Assembly (NCBI GenBank): GCA_965644265.1
Contig: OZ286475.1
Coordinates: 43,834,001-43,898,000 of the forward strand
Source of the DNA: Glycera tridactyla
Lineage: Eukaryota
Direction: 5' to 3'
DNA: 64,000 nucleotides
Shown here: piece after piece, positions 58,901 through 64,000 of the stretch
Position numbering within the stretch: the stretch's first letter is position 1
Layout: each line of letters opens with the position of its first letter
The notes under the pieces: model-generated
Databases searched by the model: none
Seen by the model: only the letters and a program-made list of their open reading frames with translations
What the model was told of the DNA's origin: nothing
Position numbers and translations under genes: made by a program

Positions 58901-61069
58901 NNNNNNNNNNNNNNNNNNNNNNNNNNNNNNNNNNNNNNNNNNNNNNNNNNNNNNNNNNNNNNNNNNNNNNNNGTTCTGTTGTGGCAGATCCTCCAGTAGC
59001 ATGGGACAAATGCTGTATCGGCTCCCAGTCCTCCCTATCCATCATGTTTGTGCGCAACTCATCCATTGTGAAATCTTGTCTGCCACCTTTGGTATTCCAT
59101 TGTATAGATCAACATTATGCATCTGATCAGACCAGATCTGTCCGGATCCTCTTAAAAATCATCCTGTTGTTGTTTTTTGCTGCAATGGAACTCAGGCTGA
59201 TCCCTCTATAATTGTCCGTCTTTGTAAGATCACCACTCTTTGGTATGAGGATGATGAGGAGGATTTGCCACTTCTCAGTTAATTCTCCCAACTAATATAC
59301 TTTATTTATGATATTAAGTATGAGTTCATCTATAGACATATATTTAGTACCCCTGTCACTACCCCATCTTCTCCACTGCTCTTCCCCCACTTGTGCGAAT
59401 ATTGGCCTTCTAATACTCCTCCATTGTAAATGGACCGTCTTCTATATTGAGGTCCTTATAGATTGACTGCGCTGTCACTCCTTCTTAAGGGACTGTCAGT
59501 GGTTTACCAAGGAGGTTCTGCAAGTGCTTCTGTCATGCTTCAACTTTTGCCTCTGCTGTATTTCCTGTGATCTTCATACAGTTGTGTGACGTTTTGCCGG
59601 AGATTTCGCCAGCAATTTTCCAGCTCGCTATGTGTTTCTGGCTTTGATGAGCTTCTTCTACCTGTTGTGCTTTTGTCACCAGCTCCTCTAGTTCGATGTT
59701 CATATAATACAACTCTTCTTTTTTCTCTTCATCCCATCTCTGCTACTGTCTTCTCCTTTCCAGAAGAGTTAGCTATAAGCTTTTGAGAGATCACTATGAA
59801 TCTGTACAATATGTGGGTTTCCTCTAGCGTTTCTGAGAAAAAAAATTGATAGAAATAGATTGCTATCCTTAGCTATCCGTTGGGCTACTTTGTAGCTAGT
59901 GCTGTCTTTTTTTACTCTTGAGCTTAGCATCTAGTTTTCATTTGTGAATTCGCCTTCGGCCATTCTTGGAAATTGTCACAAAAGTGGGTCAACGCACTAT
60001 GAGTTGATTCTTGAAGAATGAAACTGCCACGAAGAATCAGAAGTAGGACGAAGTGAGGGACTTTGACAGAAGGGTTAATACCTATTTCAAGGCATTTGTT
60101 CTATACTGTCTGTGACGTGTCCGGATTTGCTGGGAAATAAGCAGTTTGGTGCGCTTTTAATGTTTTTTTTTGGACAAAATACCAGTCTTCTTGTGAGCAC
60201 TTACCTGCCTTCTCTGAGAACCGTGTTTATTGTGATTTGAAGTAATAAAATGGAGGATACCGTTGGGGAATATTGACTGTGTCCAACTGGACCTCTGATC
60301 ACATATCTTCACTTCTACTGTGTGATGTTGTAAGATTGGACATAACCACACACAGTCCTCCTCTGAGGTTGAATGATAGTTTCAGATTGCAATTCTAACC
60401 CATCTTCGTGGTGTATGTGGGATGTAGGTGCATGTAGTTGAGAATGTGTGATCATATGCCTATATGATATACGTATGTACTTAGATATGCATTCAAGTAT
60501 ATATGTGCATGCACGCGTATGTTGGTGATCCATGTCAGAAGAGCTGTCTTGCATAACATCTTATAATATTTTAGACCCATGATCTTGATGAGTATGAGGA
60601 TGGAACCATTTATTCATTTGCCACATTTCTTCAATACTTGCACGTTCAATGAGGCATCGAGTGTCAAATATAAAAGATTACAATGAAAGTTTGCAAAGTC
60701 AATCCAGATGAGGCTACTCGCAAAACCCTTCATAAAATGAAAACACATTACCTGGAGTGGAATAAGTCGACGTTGGTGTAGGTGCTCCTTCATATGATTC
60801 ATCGCCATACTGGATCACTGGTACAACTTGAAACTGATAGGATGTATCTGGCTGCAGTCCACTCACGTTGAAGTCATAGGTGCTGACATCAGTATGAGAA
60901 ATTAGAGATCCAGCAGTCCAGCTATCTCTTCCCTCAGTCCTGTACTGGGGTTGGTAGCCTGTTGGTGTCTCACCTCCTTTGATGGGACTCCAGGCATTGA
61001 ATCTGAGTGCCATACTTGTCGGTGTTGAAGAGATGATCCAAGGTGCTGCCGTACCTGCCATACTAGTCT
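16714..61069 (-). CDS. Receptor-type protein tyrosine phosphatase gene (FN3-TM-PTP D1-PTP D2), spliced, 5'-incomplete
   Basis: 17 exons plus 1 candidate, all GT-AG with matching intron phases. The joined translation gives PTP motifs in order ([34 protein letters not shown], then a D2 repeat) and ends in a stop codon. No specific ortholog can be named from sequence alone. Confidence 0.92.
17129..18536. repeat. Tandem duplication of ~700 bp
   Basis: 17129-17830 and 17831-18536 are near-identical. Confidence 0.95.
18533..18668 (-). CDS. RPTP D2 exon 6
   Basis: TTGCAG/GTAAGA, phase 2-0, 136 nt like its D1 counterpart; [45 protein letters not shown]. Confidence 0.9.
19478..19632 (-). CDS. RPTP D2 exon 5
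   Basis: TTTCAG/GTAGGT, phase 0-2; [21 protein letters not shown]...[10 protein letters not shown](K). Confidence 0.85.
20116..20941. repeat. Minisatellite, 10 copies of an 81-83 bp unit containing an exon 3' end and splice donor
   Basis: Unit AGTAAGGAGGGAGGGGAGACAGGGCTTGGCTCAAGAAGCATTACCTGTGATGTGCCCACTACAGAACAATCAACCATCTTTAT, counted by eye. Confidence 0.95.
20903..21040 (-). CDS. RPTP D2 exon 4
   Basis: TTTCAG/GTAATG, phase 0-0; [46 protein letters not shown]. Confidence 0.8.
21360..21730. repeat. Exon-derived degenerate tandem repeats
   Basis: GTCCAATCCTCCAAG...AGATTTG blocks of exon 21651-21788 recur in the adjacent intron. Confidence 0.85.
21651..21788 (-). CDS. RPTP D2 exon 3
   Basis: TTCCAG/GTAGTT, 138 nt like its D1 counterpart; [46 protein letters not shown]. 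Confidence 0.85.
22150..23270 (+). mobile_element. 5'-truncated L2/CR1-like LINE 3' end
   Basis: [14 protein letters not shown]...LQKLQ...LMPLADRR and HSNGTRS...[10 protein letters not shown]...FK; tail AATAAAGTTTCAAATCAAATC. Confidence 0.75.
24512..24585 (-). CDS. RPTP D2 exon 2
   Basis: TTGCAG/GTGAGT, phase 1-0; (G)[24 protein letters not shown] (YINAxYVD equivalent). Confidence 0.8.
25273..25363 (-). CDS. RPTP D2 exon 1
   Basis: TTTCAG/GTGAGA, phase 0-1; [30 protein letters not shown]. Same size class and phase as the D1 KNRY exon. Confidence 0.75.
25928..25973. repeat. (CA)n microsatellite
   Basis: Dinucleotide run. Confidence 0.95.
26040..26120 (-). mobile_element. Truncated tRNA-SINE fragment
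   Basis: B-box GGTTCAAATCCC on the minus strand; A box not clear. Confidence 0.3.
26279..26428 (-). CDS. RPTP exon: D1 end and D1-D2 linker
   Basis: TTCCAG/GTATGG, phase 0-0; [24 protein letters not shown]...KLEEQYR. Confidence 0.88.
27185..27320 (-). CDS. RPTP D1 exon (P-loop TGVGRTG to Q-loop)
   Basis: TTGCAG/GTGGGT, phase 2-0; [45 protein letters not shown]. Confidence 0.9.
28814..29095 (+). mobile_element. tRNA-derived SINE
   Basis: A box TGGCTCAAGTGG (28822), B box GGTTCGATCCC (28892), and a LINE-like 3' end GCGCTATAATAAG plus a short repeat tail. Confidence 0.75.
29374..29519 (-). CDS. RPTP D1 exon (WPD-loop to VHCS)
   Basis: TTACAG/GTGTGT, phase 0-2; [49 protein letters not shown]. 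Not in the ORF track. Confidence 0.92.
31023..31080 (+). promoter_or_regulatory. Putative Pol II promoter of the YR element
   Basis: Inverted CCAAT (TGATTGG, 31023), TATATAAG (31055), and TGAGTCA/Inr-like TCACT (31072-31080), about 65 nt before the SGNH ATG at 31145. Motif-only evidence. Confidence 0.4.
31145..31882 (+). CDS. SGNH/GDSL hydrolase-like protein
   Basis: Block [12 protein letters not shown], block [13 protein letters not shown], block V KGGIHP. Open ORF with ATG at 31145 (the track starts at TTG 31115). Confidence 0.8.
   Translation: MDYLSHSYEPLSQWLGRKVKLAVLGHSFTRRQDEDMLDEISKMGSYNQVMSGELHRGRVNAGLLWVDDFVDVVNFRTCPSIKTYGKQDKIELEFLAVSALKPDVLIIDLASNDLVREDAKPRELAVYLFELGVNFRLEGIDMVVFMSCLDRMVGPTDLGKRARLFNDKLKQCCNYSKIGIALHETRGFGSLEEEEESKVHLWSKGGIHPYRYSKYFHKYRLEMRKAMMKGIVGLGHVLVHDKYQS
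31893..32894 (+). CDS. ORF1 N-terminal part: hydrophobic anchor plus Q/S/N-rich region
   Basis: ATG 11 nt after the SGNH stop; [22 protein letters not shown] followed by KRKQAK. The frame stays open about 60 codons past TAA 32892, then a 1-nt shift joins the gag frame. Confidence 0.6.
   Translation: MGMDSLYTYACCLIFVAVLCNICFQMSCKRKQAKAQGDSKRRKEENQQGDVNVHVFVNLLEPAGSQVCEPQVGLPYEHSSRSQQASHVQMTQSEKDNNVVLSMGERIDRLRKHAADACSIRARTFPEGSGGFTQSRNAPNYAQNQSFHQSYPSHHTQHAPSEVPVQNDVSGLWSELQSSFNTAMRQMDNLVMEMATKQSKINSLADLPGRQKEFTQSAPFEVINNQGMHDTRQYIVGDSEEEEEYGWVEQTDNTQKTDRTDNLRTNRNLHETDNTYRLWVSDQDRGGEVKASSMSRGNFLYNTFSEPSSQLRNSISGQVGQWSDSNNTTLGDI
33100..34050 (+). CDS. Gag-like protein of DIRS/Ngaro element
   Basis: [14 protein letters not shown]...[14 protein letters not shown] and a C-terminal Cys/His cluster (C..F....C....[19 protein letters not shown]) typical of YR-retrotransposon gag. 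Confidence 0.8.
   Translation: MSQGYNPNNQQPFVGNHMQSQPLNMLNNVNLNHVSSQNMCQNGGDFNRQLIGSGPPTNITLSDLAMRSLISGGMPIGYKVELNIKIDIWQDKYVELSELLKPTRSDQQHYVVDGRTGEFVLARKKRYINTLKDWKEALLVYMAIYNQNPVKHPMQKAKDGEDLLTYIKEVRGIAYNGGNFKLYEEEFRSQRACLLVPYPWSAYHAQLHQEASRPVPRIGNKYQGGWNSNNNTTGFSENVKMHKGCCSSFLTPGRRCVLSKCIFKHECPVCHLKHPLFMCRNFTNTRNTNQNAARTGQGVKRKSASSSDTGRSPEAM
34175..35524 (+). CDS. Reverse transcriptase / RNase H (DIRS/Ngaro type), probably inactivated
   Basis: [42 protein letters not shown]; RNase [34 protein letters not shown]. The frame extends upstream into gag (TPVDHQKL...GFRRGFDIG) through a TGA at 34148. The first catalytic Asp appears as Gly (KVGIKSAF). Confidence 0.93.
   Translation: MQFSEARDLIMADVKQGRIAGPFKEVPFNNFHISPISVVPKREEGKFRLIHNLSSPYNQSSINFNIPDREASVTYMTVDDVIKHVLYIGKSSYLCKVGIKSAFRIVPVQPEQFHLLGLRLGDIFFVNKCLAMGGRSSCRIFEWFSTAIQWITNNKLGIPFMAHMIDDFSIAAEGEAECLRQLNVFKQFCKEVGVPLCPRKTVLPRQIMDFLGIEINVREGYAKIPKEKSNKYALQISDILEAGRCLFGDMRSLVGKLNWCASLISVGKSFLRGLISSSKGLKNPVHMVNFSENVKEDLEMWMVFLREYNGYSYLRDRTLQKMETLYVFSDACKTGAAVVFGNPWFFIGYDEKRSKMNIATLEFFPILVVVVTFGLAFRNRKVAFHCDNKAVVDVLSRRRGKDVDLVKILKRIMHLSLHNDVEINCEHIQGVKNVIADQLSRGQLGQELL
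35602..36473 (+). pseudogene. Tyrosine recombinase, frameshifted near 35900
   Basis: Catalytic motifs CMRVSE (R), SHSFRIG (H-x-x-R) and [11 protein letters not shown] (Y), split over two frames. Confidence 0.9.
42095..44126 (+). mobile_element. L2/CR1-like LINE (APE + RT), internally deleted and frameshifted
   Basis: APE: DR..GGGVLVY, CVYRPP, IGDLNIN, SCIDHI. RT: [24 protein letters not shown]. Tail AATAAA plus (TTCAAA)n. The N-terminal half of RT is missing. Confidence 0.9.
44219..44341 (-). CDS. RPTP D1 exon (CDQYWP)
   Basis: CTACAG/GTGTGC, phase 0-0; [41 protein letters not shown]. Confidence 0.92.
44366..44542. mobile_element. Tc1/pogo(Tigger)-like MITE
   Basis: Imperfect ~21 bp TIRs CAGTGAAACTTGCTTGAGTG / CACTTAAGACAGGTTTTACTG, flanked by TA on both sides. 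Confidence 0.7.
45003..45140 (-). CDS. RPTP D1 exon (QGP...FW)
   Basis: TTTCAG/GTAAGT, phase 0-0; [46 protein letters not shown]. Confidence 0.92.
46085..46167 (-). CDS. RPTP D1 exon (DHSR...YINA)
   Basis: TTCCAG/GTACGT, phase 1-0; (Y)[27 protein letters not shown]. Confidence 0.9.
46753..46834 (-). CDS. RPTP D1 exon (KNRY-loop position)
   Basis: TTTCAG/GTGAGT, phase 0-1; [27 protein letters not shown](Y). Confidence 0.85.
47590..47730 (-). mobile_element. I/Nimb-clade LINE 3' fragment
   Basis: [22 protein letters not shown] matches the RR..V.LTRLRIGHT.LTH motif after RNase H in these LINEs. Confidence 0.6.
48050..48260 (-). mobile_element. Possible Gypsy RT relic
   Basis: YDTPH......STLDFKSG resembles YPLP..FSTLDLKSG; degraded. 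Confidence 0.35.
48957..49207 (-). CDS. RPTP exon: juxtamembrane/wedge region
   Basis: TTGTAG acceptor, GTATGT donor, phase 1-0. Ends [28 protein letters not shown], resembling the RPTP wedge (IPV-x-L...EY). Confidence 0.8.
52794..52885 (-). CDS. Candidate RPTP juxtamembrane exon
   Basis: Strong TTTTCTATTCAG acceptor, GTGAAC donor. Phase 2-1 exactly bridges the TM exon to the 48957-49207 exon, with no stop (QTSLTDSL...DRSNVY). No homology support. Confidence 0.4.
53360..55888. mobile_element. Inverted second copy of the same MITE, interrupted by gaps and inserted sequence
   Basis: 53360-53558 mirrors 56335-56521, and 55520-55888 mirrors 55885-56245. Confidence 0.55.
55885..56521. mobile_element. 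PIF/Harbinger-like MITE
   Basis: TIRs GGCCCTTTACACATATACGCGGTTGTGAG / CTCACAACCGTGTATGTGTAAAAGCC; many internal ACCGCC motifs. Superfamily inferred from the GGC..TTTACAC terminus only. Confidence 0.55.
57126..57210 (-). CDS. RPTP exon: transmembrane helix
   Basis: TTGCAG acceptor, GTAGGT donor, phase 1-2. Encodes [27 protein letters not shown] and lies between the FN3 and cytoplasmic exons. Confidence 0.75.
57700..59950 (-). mobile_element. Highly degraded LINE relic
   Basis: APE-like RR..YNGGVL (~59430) and 3' tail-like FTR...LPR.....GFKIWNSL (~57800); many stops. Confidence 0.4.
60752..61069 (-). CDS. RPTP exon: fibronectin type III domain
   Basis: TTACAG acceptor, GTAATG donor, 318 nt, phase 1-1. 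Translation has FN3 hallmarks ([24 protein letters not shown]). Confidence 0.85.
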
Positions 61070-61509
61070 CTGTAATATTTTGACAGTTTACATAAATAAG
61101 AGGATCGTATCATTCATTCATGTGCGTATCAAGACTATCCTATACCTCTCCTGGTGTCCCAGTGGGAGATAGATAGATAATTCTTTTTCTTAGGCAGTAA
61201 GAGGGCAAGAAAGACTACCTTATACTGTGACCTTATGAGATGCTGTATTGTCTGTTCACTATTATCTAACTTGATGGCCATTATCCCAATTTTGTACGGT
61301 GAAGAAGGTTTATGGCAGTTTCAGCAAATGCCGCTGATCTGGTTGAGTGAGGTAAGGTCATGATGAAGGTCATGACAGTTGCAGTTACAACATGCGTTGT
61401 GGGAGCACATGGGTGAGTTTGAGGTGTGTGGGTATGTTAGTGATAATCAAGCGTGCACGTACTCCCCCCCCCACACACATCATCCTTTGTGTGTGCATGT
61501 GTGTGTGTG

Positions 61510-61542
<33 letters not shown>

Positions 61543-62653
61543 TCTGGGGGGATTGCTCATGATCTAACTTCAGGAAAATGATGAGGACGAAGATACACCA
61601 TTATATATATATATATATATATACATATTGTGTAGACGGAGAAAGGGTCCGGCCTCGGCACCTGTATGACTGCGAATGACGATTTGTCTATTTTTGGACC
61701 CTCTATCGGCGTGCGCGACGCTTGGCGTGACGTCACAATCACAGCTGCGATTGTGACGTCATAGGAGGGAACAATTAGATGTCCATATATGGGGGATAGG
61801 CACAGAATGCTGGGATTTGATTGGTTGATCAGATCCGCTCTGCTATTCAGTGGTATTCTCCCTGGGCATCTAGGTGGGATCCATTAGTTTTTATGGATAT
61901 CACTTATTTGCAGTTTTGCCATATCTATGGCTCATCAGATACTGATGGTGCATTATGGTTTATTTGAAGATGGTGTTCTTCACAAAAAATGTCACAGTTG
62001 GTGGCATTTGGCCATTTTACCCATTTACCCCTCTGGGTTATCAAATGGTCCCACAGTGCTTGGTGGCACATGGGCTAGTACAGGATTGCTGTTCCCGGGT
62101 TTCCTTGGTGATTGGGTTATGTTGTTGCCAATACCATGAAAATTTGGTTTCTATTTAGGTGATGTTGAGAGGAAGACCCAATATTGATTTTCACCATAGA
62201 AGATAACATGGGGATTGGTTTTCCCCATCCCCTTCTCCGTCCTAAAGAGGTGGTATTGTCTCTGAAGGATCAGGGGGCTTGCTCATAGATTTTTAATATT
62301 TTCTGGCAGGTCATCGTGTCATACCATTCAATAAGATTTATTGGGTGGTATGGTGAGAATGGTAACCATGCTCCACCTGGTGGCGGAGGATGGGGTGGCC
62401 GTGGTGGGGGTCCCTGATGTGGCATGGAGTGTGGTAACCCATGTTACATCTGTGCAGAAGCTCAGACAAAAGCAGTGGTCTGCTTGTGTCTGATCAGCAT
62501 GGCTGGTGTCATCGGCGGTCGTCTAGAGGGGGAGTGTAAGAATAAGAAAAAGACGTTGCTAGTCCCCGTCCTGGTTGATCGTGTCTGTGAAGGCAGCCGG
62601 GCTGGTGGTGGGGGTTCCCTATCCCCACTTTTCTGGTGGTTTGGTTTATTTTA

Positions 62654-64000
62654 GCGCTGGCATTTCCCTCTAGAGAAACACCAGTTCCTGCTTTTCGTTG
62701 GGTTTTTGGGTTTGTCCATGGTGTTGATTCCCATTGGCAGGGATGAACGGAGTCTGTGGATCCATCAGAATTCCATATGATCTCTGAGTTCCCCTGCATA
62801 CTGAGCATCGGGGAATGCGTAGATGAAGTCCAAGATGTGTACCTGGATGTCGTCCCTTCCCCCATGGTCAGCTTGTTTGAAATGTCTGCTGATATCCGTC
62901 TGTTGTCGTGGATCTTTTGATTGGATTGTGTTCATGTGTGCCTGGATGCGGTCCATGCAGCGTAATTTCGTTTGGCCCACATATTGCATATTGCAAGTTT
63001 TGCAGGTTATGCAGTATATTAAGTTGTTGCTCTTGCATGTGACATCCTTTCTGCTCACGTATTCTTGTCCCGTAGCAGTACTGCGAATTCGTCCTGATCT
63101 GTCCAGGATTTTGCAGTATCGGCAGTTTTTTGTTTTGCAGCGATTCCGCGATTCACAGTTTTTGGTTTGATTCCGCTGCCCTTCATTCGTTGGGGTCACT
63201 GGTTTTTGTGGGGTGATTTTCGCCGAAACCAGTTTGTCTCTCAAGCTTGGTGGCCTACGGTGGCCGAAAGTGAACTCAGGGTTTTCGTAGTGCTTGACCT
63301 GCTCAGTATACCCCAGTTTTTCGTGACCATTGATTTCACTCTCAGGAATCCTGGGTTGTATGTCGTGATCAGAAAGACCCGGTTCTCGTCCTCGCTTTCT
63401 AAGGGCCTGGCTGGCATAGATAAGAGTGTTTTTCTCTCTATGAGCAATACCTTTTTGAAGCTTTCTGCAATCAGATCTTTTGGGTAGCCTCTTCGTGTGA
63501 AGTGGAAAGCGATCATCTGGCTACTTTTGATGTAGTCCTCGTCTCGGCTACTGATTCTTCTAAGTCTCAAGAATTGGCTATATGGGAGGCTCTTCTTGTT
63601 GTGTTCCAGGTGTGCGGACTTATAGTGTAAGTAGTTGTGACTGTCTGTCGGTCCATATGTTTCCATTCTCCAGGTGGATCCTCATGTCCAGAAAGGGGAT
63701 CCACTCTGTCGAGTTCTCGTAAGTGAATTTGATCGTGGGGTGGCATTCGTTGAGATATTGAACAAATTTTCCAAGTTTCTCAAGCCCATGTTCCCAAATG
63801 ATCAGACAGTCGTCTAGATATCTCTTGAAGAGGCGTGGTGCTGGTTTGTATGGCTATACAAACTTTTCTTCAAAATCGGCTATGAAAATATTTGCCAGGC
63901 TAGGAGCCACTCGTGTGCCCATTGCTGTCCCTCCCACCTGCAGGTATTGGTTCCCATTGAATTCAAAGTTATTGAACTTCAGGACATATTCCAGCAGAGT
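62654..64000 (-). mobile_element. Penelope-like element (RT + GIY-YIG endonuclease), decayed, continues beyond the window
   Basis: [68 protein letters not shown]...PMGIN. Stops at 63854 and about 62765, plus frameshifts near 63660 and 63244. Confidence 0.93.

Noticed and set aside
22150-64000. Antisense orientation bias of intronic TEs
   Set aside because: The YR element, two LINEs and the SINE are antisense to the gene, but Penelope and several relics are sense, so there is no clear bias.

Overview
Eukaryotic (animal, probably marine invertebrate; inferred from repeat types only) AT-rich genomic scaffold with several N gaps. No rRNA, true tRNA, CRISPR or prokaryotic operon is seen. The backbone is a minus-strand, multi-exon receptor-type protein tyrosine phosphatase (RPTP) gene. 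I assembled 17 phase-consistent GT-AG exons by eye, plus one lower-confidence juxtamembrane exon: FN3 - TM - juxtamembrane - PTP D1 - PTP D2 - stop at 16714. Its 5' part was not found and probably lies beyond 64000. Both PTP domains lack key catalytic residues (D1: KNRY>SNRL, WPD>WPH, Q-loop Gln lost; D2: no P-loop Arg). Four of its exon 3' ends or splice donors have been tandemly duplicated into the neighbouring introns. The 14.7 kb intron splitting D1 holds a decayed tyrosine-recombinase retrotransposon (DIRS/Ngaro type) with an unusual order: SGNH-hydrolase ORF, then a membrane-anchor-bearing ORF1/gag, then RT/RNase H, then YR. Other repeats are a Penelope-like element (RT + GIY-YIG), several L2/CR1-like LINE relics, Gypsy relics, a tRNA-derived SINE, MITEs, a head-to-head MITE palindrome, a candidate minimal hammerhead ribozyme, an RFX X-box cluster and microsatellites.
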